64,000 nucleotides of DNA from Candidatus Thorarchaeota archaeon (GCA_963726195.1 CAVSBO010000004.1:1-64000), one strand, 5' to 3'. Positions 1 to 12,272 are shown, counted from the stretch's first letter. Notes: generated by a model not told the origin, from the letters alone. Program-made: numbers and translations.

Positions 1-531
1 GTCTATACAGGGAACGGAAAAGGAAAGACAACCTGTGCACTCGGGGCTGGTCTTCGCGCAGCGGGGCACGGTCTCAAGGTCCTCATGATATGTTTCATGA
101 AGGCCAAGGTTGCTGAACGCGGCGGCGGCACTGAGATAAACTACGGAGAGTTCAGCAGTATTCAGCGGGTTCCGAATTTCACCATCGTCCCCGTCGGAAG
201 GTCCAGTTTTGTTGACAAGGAGAAGCCCGACCCAATCGACGTCAAGATGGCTCAAGAGGGACTCAAGCTTGCTCAGGAAGCTCTCAAGAATCACAAGTGT
301 GATGTGCTGATTCTCGACGAGATTAACGTGGCAGTAGACTGGAAACTGATTAGTCTTGAGGATCAGCTGGGTCTCATTAGAATGAAGCCGGACGATGTCG
401 AGATCATAATGACGGGAAGATATGCTCGTCCGGAGATAATCGAGGCAGCAGACTTGGTTACTGAGATGAAGGAAATCAAGCACTACTATTCGACTGAGAA
501 GCTTCTCGCACGAAGGGGGTTCGAGTTCTAG
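1..531 (+). CDS. cobO: cob(I)alamin/cob(I)yrinic acid a,c-diamide adenosyltransferase (CobO/BtuR), 5'-truncated by window edge
   Basis: Frame 1 is open from base 1: [24 protein letters not shown] (CobA P-loop), [33 protein letters not shown]. Confidence 0.95.
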   Translation, partial: VYTGNGKGKTTCALGAGLRAAGHGLKVLMICFMKAKVAERGGGTEINYGEFSSIQRVPNFTIVPVGRSSFVDKEKPDPIDVKMAQEGLKLAQEALKNHKCDVLILDEINVAVDWKLISLEDQLGLIRMKPDDVEIIMTGRYARPEIIEAADLVTEMKEIKHYYSTEKLLARRGFEF

Positions 532-628
532 GCTCCGAAGGCAGTGTTTCCACCTAGCGCTGAAACGAACAGTTAATATCGATAGCCTAAGGAGCTTCAG
601 CCATTCACCCCACGAGGAATGGTTTCGA

Positions 629-2347
629 ATGGTTGTTGAGAAAGCCAAGCCCAAGCGTGTGACCAAGACCCGTCCCGCGGGTTCCGGTGACATCAAAGCC
701 GCTAAGGAACAGTGGGAGGCCTCGACGGTTACAGACCATGTGAAGAAGAATCCTGAGATGAGAGATTCGTTCACGACGACTTCCGGCCGAGTGGTCCGAA
801 GAATCTACACCCCTCTGGACATACCGGACTTCGACTACATGAGAGACCTAGGTTTTCCAAGTGAATATCCGTATACTCGCGGTGTCCAGCCCACGATGTA
901 TCGAGGGCGTTTCTGGACCATGCGACAGTTCGCTGGTATGGGTAGCGCTGAGGAGTCTAACGCGCGTTTCAAGTTCCTTCTTGCCAACGGACAAACAGGT
1001 CTCAGTGTTGCTTTTCACTTGCCCACGTTGTTTGGGCGCGACTCAGACCATCCAATGGCTCTCGGTGAGGTTGGAAAGCTTGGCGTGGCAGTTGACTCGC
1101 TCAAGGACATGGAGGTTCTATTTGATGGTATTCCTCTTGCCGAAGTCACCACATCGATGACCATCAACGCACCAGCATCCGTTCTCTTGGCGATGTATAT
1201 GGTTAACGCGCAGAAGCATGGCGTGTCTTCAAAGGAAATCGGAGGAACGATTCAGAATGACATTCTGAAAGAGTACATAGCACAGAAGTCGTGGATCTAT
1301 CCTCCAAAGCCGTCACTCAGGATTATCACCGACATAATGGGATACGCGGCTGAGAACATTCCTCGCTGGAATACTATATCCATTAGCGGCTACCATATCA
1401 GAGAGGCCGGGTCAACAGCTGCACAGGAACTGGCTTTCACGCTTATCGACGGCATGGCGTATGTGCAAGCGGGAATTGAAGCAGGCTTGGATGTTGATAC
1501 ATTTGCACCGCGGCTTTCGTTCTTCTTCAATGCTCACAACGATATCTTCGAGGAAGTCGCGAAGTACAGAGCAGCCCGTAGGATATGGGCACGTGAAATG
1601 AAAGACCGATTCAAAGCAAAGGACCCGAGGTCGCTATGGATGCGCTTCCATACTCAGACTGCCGGGTGTTCTTTGACTGCACAGCAGCCCATGGTCAACG
1701 TTGTCAGAACTGCCTATCAGGCGTTGGCCGCCGTGTTGGGTGGGACGCAATCTCTTCACACCAACAGCATGGACGAGGCCCTTTGTTTGCCCACGGAAGA
1801 AGCTGTGCGCATTGCACTTCGCACTCAGCAAGTCCTTGCTCAAGAAAGTGGAGCTGCCAACACTGTTGACCCACTTGGAGGGTCGTACTTCGTGGAGGCG
1901 CTCACAAACGAGATGGAAGAGGAAGCATACAAGTACTTCGACCAAGTGGAGGCTATGGGCGGAGTGATTAGGGCTATCGAGCGCGGATTCTTCCAGCGAG
2001 AGATAGCTGACGCGGCATACCGGTATCAGCGGGAGATTGAAACGAACAAACGAACCATCGTAGGCGTCAATGATTATGTCCTCAAGGATGAGAAGATTAG
2101 CATACCCGTGCTCAAAATAGATCCCGAGGTAGAGAGGAGACAAGTCGAGAGGACTAAACGCACTCGAAGGGAACGCGATAACGTCAAAGTTCGACAGGCA
2201 CTGGACGGTCTCAGAAAGGCATCCGAGGGAACTGAGAATGTCATGCCCCACGTTGTGGGCGCCGTTAAGGCCTATGCCACAATTGGGGAGATATGCGATG
2301 TGTGGCGGGACGTTTTCGGTGAGTGGGACGAGCCAAAGATATTCTAG
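629..2347 (+). CDS. icmA: B12-dependent acyl-CoA mutase large (substrate-binding) subunit, isobutyryl-CoA mutase-like
   Basis: MM_CoA_mutase motifs [50 protein letters not shown]. Specificity positions are F (RQFAG) and Q (EYIAQK) instead of the MCM Y/R. The family is certain; the substrate is inferred. Confidence 0.85.
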   Translation: MVVEKAKPKRVTKTRPAGSGDIKAAKEQWEASTVTDHVKKNPEMRDSFTTTSGRVVRRIYTPLDIPDFDYMRDLGFPSEYPYTRGVQPTMYRGRFWTMRQFAGMGSAEESNARFKFLLANGQTGLSVAFHLPTLFGRDSDHPMALGEVGKLGVAVDSLKDMEVLFDGIPLAEVTTSMTINAPASVLLAMYMVNAQKHGVSSKEIGGTIQNDILKEYIAQKSWIYPPKPSLRIITDIMGYAAENIPRWNTISISGYHIREAGSTAAQELAFTLIDGMAYVQAGIEAGLDVDTFAPRLSFFFNAHNDIFEEVAKYRAARRIWAREMKDRFKAKDPRSLWMRFHTQTAGCSLTAQQPMVNVVRTAYQALAAVLGGTQSLHTNSMDEALCLPTEEAVRIALRTQQVLAQESGAANTVDPLGGSYFVEALTNEMEEEAYKYFDQVEAMGGVIRAIERGFFQREIADAAYRYQREIETNKRTIVGVNDYVLKDEKISIPVLKIDPEVERRQVERTKRTRRERDNVKVRQALDGLRKASEGTENVMPHVVGAVKAYATIGEICDVWRDVFGEWDEPKIF

Positions 2348-2502
2348 CAGATAGTGCCATTGTAGTGATTAGGCGTAGATATGGTAACAGCCGGAGTGCC
2401 GCATAACCTAGTCGATGGAATTAAATGCCGGATTCTGTCAGGTCGGGGCCCGTCCTTAGATGCATCACAGGTCGTTTCTGTTGCCAATGCGGAGGAATAA
2501 CG

Positions 2503-4093
2503 TTGTACAATAAGGTCACTAGTGACGTTGTAAAGAAGCTCGTGGCAATCTGCGGCGAGAAGTACGTGACTACCAGCGAACCCCTACGCCATAGCTATAT
2601 GGCAAGAGGAATCATGGGGCTGGAGGCAGTACTGCCAGAAGCAATTGTGAGACCTGCAAACGCAGAGGAAGTCTCCAAGATACTCATGGTTGCCAATGAG
2701 AACCTATGCCCGGTCACACCAGCAGCCGGCGGTCTCAGCGGTGGGTTCGCACTGCCCGCTATTGAGCCCGGCGGAATCTACATGGATATGACCCGGATGA
2801 ACAAAATGGAAGTCGACGTAGAAAACCGTGTCATGGTCGTTGAACCGGGTGTGAAGTCGGGCGATGCATGGAGGATTTTCAGGACGAAATATCCCGATTG
2901 GGCTCCACCAATCCCTGATGGTGCACCCCCTGCGGCCACAGTCTTAGGTGACGCGATTGAAAGGGGCTTCTCTCTGGTAACAGGGGTCTACGGTCCTCAG
3001 GCAGACATGATCATGGGCTTGGAGATAGTCCTGCCTACCGGAGAGATGTTCCGAACTGGTTCGTGGGCTATCCCCGGTGCTAAGCCCTTCTACCGTTGGG
3101 GTCCCGGCCCAAATCCAGACGGGCTCTTCCTTGGCTCTCAGGGTTCAATGGGAATCATAACGAAGGCAGCTATCAAGATGGTTCCTCATCCTCATTTCAA
3201 GACCGTTGTGGCATATGGCGGCCAGAACTGGGATGACATTGTCAAGCCCACGTGGGAGATTTCGAAGCTCGAACTTGGTGCAGCGGACAGGTGTGTGATG
3301 GTCCAAGGTGGCAATTGGCCACTAATAATGACTCGCTGGCCCAAAACTAACGTTCCACTTGACTATGAATCATACAAGAAGCTTAGGAATATCGGAGTAT
3401 TGGATGAACTATGAAGTCTGGGCTTGGAGCCAAGAGGAGATGGATTTCACGCTCAAGACAATAGATGAGGTGTACAAGGCCTATGAAGTGAAAGCCAACA
3501 CCCAGTGCCCGAAGTGGGAACTCCATCCGAAGCAAGTCGCATCGCGACTGAGGAAGCCCAACAAGATAGCGATTCCTTATTCACTATGGCAGGCCGGTTT
3601 CCTGTTCATTACGTGGTACTGCCCATGGCTCGAAAGCGCGAAGATGATGGAACAGTACTGCGCCAAAATGGAGGAGTACGGATTTCCGCCCACTATGTGG
3701 GTCGCTTCAATCGATCACGGACGACAGGCAATCGTAATGCCTATTGTCTGCTTCGATAGCACTCAGCCCGGCATCTACGACAAGATCAAGGAATTCAATC
3801 TGGAGACGACACGCTCGTTCTTAAAGCAGGGGTGGCTCAATTACAGGCCAGACCCGTTCGTGCATGCTCCTGAGACATTCAGCATGGCGAAGGAGTACTA
3901 CCGGATGCTGGTCAAGTTCAGGAAAGTGCTGGACCCGAATCTGATTCTGCACCCCGGCAGACTCGCGATTCCATGGGAGTCTGTGAGCAAGCTCCCGAAT
4001 CCGTGCGGGCCGAGTAAACCTAGTGCGGCCAGCGTGCCAAGCAAGCCAGCCGTTGTTAGCGCTCCTAGCAAAGCAAGCAAGCCGAAGAAGTGA
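2503..4093 (+). CDS. FAD-binding oxidoreductase (VAO/PCMH/GlcD family); one frameshift near 3383
   Basis: PEAIVRP..AEEVSKIL, GGLSGG, VVEPGV, GLEIVLPTGEMFRTG, LFLGSQGSMGIITK, C-terminal LDPNLILHPG. ORFs 2425..3414 and 3359..4093 join. TTG start follows GGAGGA at 2491. Confidence 0.85.
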
Positions 4094-4156
4094 GTAGCAT
4101 AGGGCCACAAAACGTAGCGTTATATATAATCTGAAAGGAACCGAGGTGAGATTGAC

Positions 4157-5462
4157 ATGACATCGAGTCTTGAAGACCTACGAATGATTAATGCACGCTG
4201 CATTCACTGCCGTGCGTGTCAGTTCGCCTACTCTGGTGAACCTGACCGTGAAGGTGAGAGCGAGGACTACACGGGCATGATACAGGGCTGCCCTGCTGGT
4301 ATCTACTATGGTTGGGAAGGATACTACAACTCCGGTAAGCAGTGGATCGCCCGAGCTTTCCTGAACAACGAGATCAAGCCCAGTCAAGAGCTGCTCGAGG
4401 TCATTGAGGCCTGTACCACCTGCGGCAATTGTGAGACTCAGTGTAGCAACTACATAGACACTGTGAGCATCACAGAGGCACTGAGGGCCGCAGTTATCGA
4501 GGCAGGCATTGAGCCGTTGCCCAAGCACAAGAAGTTCGGCGAGATGGTTAGCAACGATCAGATGAGGAATCCCTACAACGAGCCTCGTGCGAAACGTACT
4601 GACTGGTTCGCGGGTGCTAAGGACAGAAAGGATGTGAAGGTGGCATACTTCGTCGGTTGCACCGGGGCATATAGGCAGCAGGACATCGCCAAGCATACTG
4701 CGAGTCTCTTGAAGAAGATGGGTGTCAACTTCACTGTACTCACGGGTGAGGTCTGCTGCGGCTCTCCGATGTTGAGAACAGGTCAGAGGAAGATATTCGA
4801 GGATGTAATGAAGAAGAACATCGAGTCTGTTCAAGAACTACGAGACAGTTGTGTTCTCATGTGCAGGTTGCTACAAGACCTTTCGAAATGACTACCCCCG
4901 CATAAGTGGGAAGCCATTGCCCTTCAAAGTCCAGCACACCATGGAGCTCGTCCGTGACCAAGTCAAGGCAGGCAAGGTGAAGATTACTAAGCCATATGAC
5001 AAGACAGTGACATGGCATGACCCTTGTCATAGCGTGAGGCATGTTGGCCTTGCGATTGAGAAGGAAATCCTGAAGCAATCGAACAACTGGATGGCCGACA
5101 GTCGGAAGGCCGAGAAAGCGAAGGAGGATTGGTTTGAGGTTCCACGCGACGTCCTCCGTGCAATACCCGCCATGCAATTCAAGGAAATGTATCGGATCAA
5201 GGGTGACAGCTTCTGTTGCGGGGCTGGTGGCGGTGTCAAGGCCCAATTCCCCGACATGGCACTTGCAACAGCAAAGGAGCGTCTCAAGGAAGCAGCATCG
5301 ACTGGTGCAGATGTACTTCTTACGTCGTGCCCATTCTGTGTGACGAACTTCAATGACGGTGTCAAGGCTCTGAAGGAAGAGGAAGCTCAGACGCACAACA
5401 AGCTGCCCGGTTCGAACCTCCAAGTTGTCGAGCTTCTTCAGTTGCTTGACCAGCTGATTTAG
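4157..5462 (+). CDS. Fe-S oxidoreductase, HdrD/GlpC-like (4Fe-4S motifs plus two CCG domains); frameshift near 4826
   Basis: CIHCRAC...CP, CTTCGNCETQC, YFVGC, EVCCG, SCAGC, TWHDPCH, FCCGAGGG, TSCPFC. Confidence 0.9.
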
Positions 5463-5475
5463 GATAACAGATGCT

Positions 5476-5498
5476 GAGGGGGTGGGAATGACCCCCTC
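5476..5498 (+). terminator. GC-rich hairpin downstream of the Fe-S oxidoreductase gene
   Basis: GAGGGGGT-GGGAATG-ACCCCCTC is a perfect 8-bp stem starting 14 nt after the stop codon. Confidence 0.5.
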
Positions 5499-5687
5499 TA
5501 CCTGTTTCTGCGAGAACTCAATTCATCAGATGATTGCAGGCTTCCTCCCAGTCAAACATGGGAAGTGTGTGCGTCTACTTTCGTACTCAGGTTAGAATCT
5601 CCTCGGGCATCTCTCGCCCAAGGAAAACCATCGGTAACGAAAACCTCAATAGACTTGAGCGCCAATAGACGATACCAAGTGGTGGAT

Positions 5688-6684
5688 GTGGCAGAGCAGA
5701 CATCGAGTGGGAAGGCCATCATGGCAGTTGTTCTCGTGACGGCCCTGGTAGCAGCGGGATTCGCGTACACGTACTTTGCTCCCAGCCCCATCCAGAACAA
5801 TAATGGTCGCACGACAGTCCCAGGTATGCCATATCGAGACAACTATACTCAACACGGCCCAATCGTCATAGACGGTGATGCTTCGTTGGTTGAACTCGTC
5901 AGCCAGCGAAGGATGGCCGGGAAACGGCACAACCTTGGACCCCTATGTGATTGAAGGTCTTGAGATTCAGAGTGCAAGCAATTGCATCAGCATCAATTCC
6001 TTGCTACACAAGCACATTATCATCACAGGATGCCTTCTCTGGACCACTTCGAAGTATTCGGGAATCTCTCTGAGAGTGTTTAACTCGTCCAACGTGGAAG
6101 TGGAGTCCTGCGTGGTGCACACCGGCCTTGAGGGCATCAGTGCGTTCCAGAGCACCAACCTCTGGATTCAAGGTTGCGGCGTATATGATGCAGGCACCGC
6201 GATCAATGCCAGCGTCTGCAACGACACTTGGATTGAGAACTGCATTGTACTGAACTGCTACTTTGGAATCTCGTCTGTGGGCGGATTTCAGGTCAACGTG
6301 TTCGATTGCAGGGTCTTCAACAGCACGGTGGGTATCATGTTCCAATTCTCGTCGTATACCGTGATACAGAACTGTACCGTTGTTTCCAATGGGCGGGGAA
6401 TCGATGCCGACGAGAACTGTCTGAATTGTTACATAATAGAATGTGCGGTCCTTAACAACACTGAGATTGGCATAGAGGTGGGGTCTTATTCAAACAATGT
6501 CACTGTCACTCTCAACCGGATAGGATGGAATGGACTCAACGCTCAGGATAATGGTTCACTGAACTACTGGGATCAAGGTTCTGGGAACGGCAATGCTTGG
6601 AGCGACTACTCCGGCACTGGTGTCTATACGATTCAGGGAACCGCCGGAAGTGTTGACCACTTCCCTACACTTCTCAGTCACTAA
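5688..6684 (+). CDS. Membrane-anchored/secreted NosD-like right-handed parallel beta-helix protein; frameshift near 5900
   Basis: N-terminal hydrophobic segment; HGPIVIDGD...GWPGNGTTLDPYVIEGL; beta-helix repeats; C-terminal AQDNGSLNYWD...GNAWSDY..G.Y.I.G.AGSVDHFP. Confidence 0.8.
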
Positions 6685-6803
6685 GGTTTCTCGGATTCAT
6701 CGAGCGAGCACACAACTCTCTATCGCGATGAATAGTTATCCATTCTGTTGCTAATCTCTTCTAGCAACTGTTTATATGAAAGCGTTGCGGCGAACTACGT
6801 TGG

Positions 6804-9300
6804 GTGAACGAAGCGAACCGCACACCATCAATACTGATAATCGCTGTCTTTTTGATGGGCCTGCTTCTTGTGCCTGTAGGAGTCAGTTATGCCTCCACAA
6901 GCGCACAGAAGACGCCTGCTCAAAGCTACAGCATGACAAGTGGCTTTACCTTATCTCAATCTCAGGGAGTCTCAAGGACGGTTCGGGTGGCAATCTATAA
7001 CGAACCAAATACGACCGCGCCCAGCTACACGACCCATCCTGGCACCCTGAACAACAACGTCACAGGTCTGAAAGCCATCCTTCAATCATATGGCATTCAA
7101 GTTACAGTGCTGAATTTGCACGATATCTTAGCTCACAAACTCAAGACCGCAGATTTCGACGTCTTTGCGATGCCGGACAACCTCCCTAGAGAGAACATCA
7201 CGAACATGGTCTATGACTTCTGGCTGGGAGGTGGAGGTCTCTTGGCACTTGATGGGTCAGCATTATACCTCTGCTACATGGGTATCCTCCCTCCAGAGGC
7301 GATAGGTACAGATGGATATGCCACCTACTGGGGCTATACTGGCAGCAACATCAACATAACTGCCCGACACCCGGTGTCGAAGTCGTATGCTATCGGCGAT
7401 GTGATTACTACATCGCCTAGCACTCTATCTTGGAATTGGACTACACTGGCAGTCACTTCTATAGCAGGTGACTTGACAAAGGTTGCACAGTATGGCGGCA
7501 GCCCTACCACCGCAGCCGTGCTCGCCTACAATCCGTCGGACAGGGGTGGAAGGGTTGTTAGTGGGCAGCCCGACTTGGTTTACGACTACCTTCCCCAACT
7601 CAACGCGATGCTAGCAGATGCTGTCAACTGGCTGTGCCCAAGACCGAAGGCTCGCATTCTGTACGACCTGACTCATGAGCCATGGTATGGTGTGGATTCA
7701 TGGGATTTGGGATTCACGCACTACACGACATTTCCTAAGTACTATGACTGGCGTGACGAACTCGTGAGTCGCTCCTATACATTCGACAAGCTGTATCCAT
7801 CATCCGCCGGTAACCTGACACTCGCCAATCTGGCCCCGTATGATGTGCTTGTGGAGGCTGCCCCTTCTCTCAATTTCACAGCTTCTGAGGTAAGTGCGGT
7901 CACGAGTTGGATTGCTGCTGGTGGAGGTCTCCTTGCCATGGGTGATAATCCTGGCCTTGGTGATCAAAACAAGGACATCAATTACTTGCTTTCGCCATAT
8001 AATCTCCGGATGAACTTGACATTGGGCGGGTCAGGGGGAATCTACGATGTTTTCTTGAAGCATCCCGCAAGTGAGGCCTGTTCTGTCATAAGTCCAAGTG
8101 GTCCTGGTAGCTCTGAACTTCTCGGGTACCGCCTATCCTATTGTGGGAGACCTGCATGGAAACTACATTCTGGCAGGCCAAGCGCACGGCAATGGCCGCA
8201 TACTGCTTCAAGCCGACCTCAATATCTTTGTTCACGAGTATATCGCCTCCAACGACAACAAGCTGTACTCAATAAACATCATCAACTGGCTCGGTTCGGG
8301 AGGAGCGCCTGTGCTTCTCTACACCGATGAGCCCGCGAGCACGAACTATTACAGAACACCTGTCGCAGATGCGCTGAATGACCTCCAGATTCCGTTCCTG
8401 CTGACATTTACAAGCACGTACCTCAACGTGTCCTTGGGCATGCGGACTTGGGTCTTGGTCATAGTTGACAATCCATATCTCAATGTGAACAATGCAATGA
8501 ATTCGATTGTCAATCACGTTGACGCCGGAGGCAAGCTCATCATGTCTGCATATGATGTGGACGTGAATCCATCCCATCATCTTTGGGCACGGCTTGGATT
8601 TGCCTATATTGCTGACCAGCCGAATGCTGCCCCCTTGGACATATGGAACGCGGGACATCCGATTTTCAATCTCCCGAACAAGTACAATGCCGCCAAGTTC
8701 ATGCCAACCTACGACTATGGTGACGAAGGCGATCGCCTCTTGGCCTTCAGCAATGCTTCTTCCCTTGCTGGATATGGCGTTGGACCGAGTACGAACAACA
8801 CGAACATTGTTCTTAGGAACGATGGGAAGACTCTCTACAACGGATATCTGATTGACCAGTTCTGGGGAGACTTTGATAACTCGGCCTACAAGGACAACTT
8901 CGAACTCTGGGAGAACGAGATAGCATTCATGCTTCCTCGCCCCACAATCGACAGCCCCGCAGATATCCAGTACGTCGCCGGCACCACAGGTCATACTATC
9001 GTCTGGCACCCGTTGACTGACAGGCCATTCAATTTCAGCCTGACAATCAACGGCAGCGACAAGGGCCATGGACTGTGGAATGGAACATCCATCACACTCA
9101 ATGTCGATGGTCTTGCGGTCGGTAACCATACCTGCGTGGTGAAGGTTTGGGATAATGCTGGATACAGTGTCTTCGACTCTGTACTAGTAACCGTAACGGC
9201 CCCTCCCGGCACAAGCTTAACGACAATTGCAGTTGTCGCTGCAGCCGTCGTAGTCGTGTTGGTACTCCTTTGGGTCTTTACGAAAAGAAAGAAGCAATAG
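6804..9300 (+). CDS. Secreted multi-domain surface protein (tandem class-I-GAT-like/DUF4350-GIFT-like domains, Ig-like stalk, C-terminal TM anchor); frameshift near 8109
   Basis: Signal peptide; RILYDLTH...YDVLVEAAPSLNFTASEVSAVTSWIAAGGGLL; PTIDSPADIQY...LNVDGLAVGNHT stalk; TM followed by KRKKQ. Confidence 0.8.
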
Positions 9301-9308
9301 GATTTGCT

Positions 9309-9345
9309 GGAATCCGTCGTTGCGACGGGTTCCTCCCCTTTTTCT
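9309..9345 (+). terminator. Hairpin plus pyrimidine/T tract after surface protein gene 1
   Basis: GGAATCCGTCG-TTG-CGACGGGTTCC followed by TCCCCTTTTTCT; a matching element follows the paralog. Confidence 0.65.
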
Positions 9346-9751
9346 AGCCCTCGTTCACAATGCTCCTGTTCAGCCTGCGGGCTAACTGCTGCATATCCTT
9401 AGGGGTGCCACCACTGACTCCTGATCAAATAGGATGTTTCCCGCCGCTGTCAGGTTCTCGATTGAGATACTGATTGCTCAGTGAGGACTCCGCGATGGTC
9501 GAATTCTATCATACGCCATGTGGGTGCTCTGCCTTGCATGCAGATTCACGTGACAGGGCTGTCTAGTACTTGATGATGCGGCTAAGCAATCCCCTGTGAT
9601 GGAGGCGATCGATGATTCAAATCCAGCGTACTACTGAGGCCGAAGTCACCATCTCTGGGATGAATACACCTTTCTAGAGTTGGAATACAATCCTCGCACG
9701 AATTCCTTCCCGCAAGCCGTTTATATCCGACCATCCGAATTGATGCACAGG

Positions 9752-12264
9752 GTGGAAGAACGAAACGCACACCATCTGTATTGCTTATTGCACTGTTTCT
9801 TGCCTGCATGCTGGTAGTGCCTTCCGGAGTCAATTCCGGAGTTTCTACACAGAATGCGGTCACGCAAACAGAAAATGTAACACAACTGCTTTCTTCATAT
9901 GTCTCTCACGGGATTCCGAGGACGGTTCGAGTGGCTATCTACAATGAGCCAAACACGACGGCCCCCAGCTATGCAACTGGAGGTCATGGCGGCATGGCCA
10001 TAACAACGTTTCAGGTCTCAAGAGCATTCTGCAGTCATACGGCATCGAGGCAACGTCGCTCAATGTGCACGACATATCTATGCATATGCTCAGGACGGCG
10101 GACTTCGATGTCTTCATGATGCCGGACAACCTGCCTCGAGAGAACATCACAAACCTAGTGAAGGACTTCTGGCTTAGTGGCGGCGGTATTCTGGCTTTTG
10201 ACAGCTCCGGCCTATTCCTCTGCTACATGGGTATTCTCCCGCCTGAGTCGGCGGGCTCAGATGGGTATTCAACCTACTGGGTATACTCTGGCCAAGACGT
10301 GAACATAACCACAAGAAATCCTGTATCAAAATCCTACTCTCTTGGGAACGTCACTCCGACTGATTCCGGTTACAGTTACTTCGTCTTGGAAATGGTCTGC
10401 ACTCAGCGGCTCTTCTATTGCGGCCAGTCTAACGAAAGTCGCTAGGGCCAAATCCAGCCCTGACTATGTATCGGTCCTGTCTTTCAATCCATCAACCCAA
10501 GGCGGAAAGGTAGTAACCATAGCCACGGACCTGACTCACGAATTCATTCCCAAACTTCATAGAATGTACGCAGACGCAGCTGATTGGCTATGTCCAAGAC
10601 CAAAGGCACGCATTCTCTATGACTTGACCCATGTTCCATGGTACAGTGTAGATATTTGGGATGGAAAGTACGTGAACTATTCAACAGATCCAAAGTACTA
10701 CACATGGCGCGACGCACTTGTAAGTCGTTCATACACATTCGACAAGCTATACCCCTCAGCTTACAGGCAACCTGACACTTGCCAATCTTGGTCCGTACAA
10801 TGTGCTTGTGATAGCTATGCCTTCTCGAAACTTCACGGCTTCTGAAGTCAGTGCGGTTGCGGATTGGATTGCGGCTGGCGGGAGTCTGCTCGTGTTAGGC
10901 GATAACTCCGGTTTGACCCAGCAGAACGCGAATATCAATTATCTTCTTTCGCCGTATAATCTTCGGATGAACATGACGGTATCCCCGGCGGGACCGAACT
11001 TCACGGTTTTCCAGAAGCATGCCATTTGTGAAGGTCTAAGCAGCATCGCTACGAGTAGCCCTGGCGCTGTCAACTTGACAAGTCCTGCCTATCCTATCGT
11101 AGGAGACATTCATGGAAACACAATTGTGGCCGGTCAGATACACGGTCAAGGCAGGATATTGCTTCAGTCCGACCTCAACGTATTCGACCATGCACTGATT
11201 TCGTCGGGCAGCAATAGGCAGTATTCAGTAAACATTATCAACTGGCTCGCTTCTGGAGGCACAAACGTACTGCTATTCACAGATGAGCCGGACAGCACAA
11301 ACTACTATAGGACACCTGTCGCAGATGCATTGAATGACCTTCGGGTTCCGTTCTATCTCGTATTCACCGCATCGTACCTCAATTTCTCTCTCTACTCGAG
11401 AGCTGGAGCTTCGTGATATTCGACAATCCTTGGACTGACACGACCATCGCCCTTACTGCAATTGCAAACCATGTTGCCTCAGGAGGGAAGTTGATCATGT
11501 CGAGTTATCGGGTGGATAGCCAGCCTCTTAACCATCTATGGGCATTACTTGGATTCGCCTATGCCAACGACCAGCCCAATAAGGTCCCGTTGTGTATATG
11601 GCAACCCGGAAATCCGATATTCAATCTCCCGAACAAGTACGGTGCTACGAAGTTCGTGCCTACCAGAGACTACGGCGATGAAGGCGATCTTCTCATGACC
11701 TTCGGCAACGCAACATCTCTGGCAGGGAATGCAACGACAGCGACCACAAACAAGACCAACATTGTTCTGAGGAATGATGGCAAGACTCTCTACAACGGGT
11801 ATCTCATCGACCAGTTCAAAGCGGACTATGACAACTCTAGCTACAAAGACAACTTCGAACTCTGGGAGAATGAAATAGCATTCATGCTGAGTCCCACAAT
11901 CGATAGTCCTTCAGATATCCATTACGTGGTCGGTGCGACAGGCAATTCCATTGTCTGGCACCCACTGAGCGGACGTCCGTTCAACTACAGCCTGACAATC
12001 AATGGCAGCGATGCAGGCATTGGACCTTGGGCTGGGTCAGCTATCACTCTGAACGTGGATGGTCTGAGCGTTGGTAACCACACCTGCTTGCTAAAGGTTT
12101 GGGACAATGCTGGATACAGCGTCTCCGACTCCGTGCTAGTGACAGTCACAGCCATGACCACTACACCCGAGGGCCTCAGTCCGACTGTAATAATACTGAT
12201 TGTCGCAGCTGCAGCCATCATAGTGGTGCTTCTCGTCGTGTTCATGAGGCGAGGCAAGAAATAG
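9752..12264 (+). CDS. Paralogous secreted DUF4350/GIFT-like surface protein; about 5 frameshifts (near 9761, 9995, 10380, 10763, 11413)
   Basis: Fragments 9781..10119, 10065..10445, 10342..10845, 10802..11416 and 11413..12264 align colinearly with the 6804..9300 protein (RTVRVAIYNEPNTTAPSY, MPDNLPRENITN, WLCPRPKARILYDLTH, DNFELWENEIAFML). Confidence 0.75.
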
Positions 12265-12272
12265 AATAGGCT

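Noticed and set aside
9346-9750. ncRNA or small gene in the 400 bp gap between the surface-protein paralogs
   Set aside because: No convincing ORF, repeat or recognisable RNA motif; only a TATA-like TTTATA near 9720.
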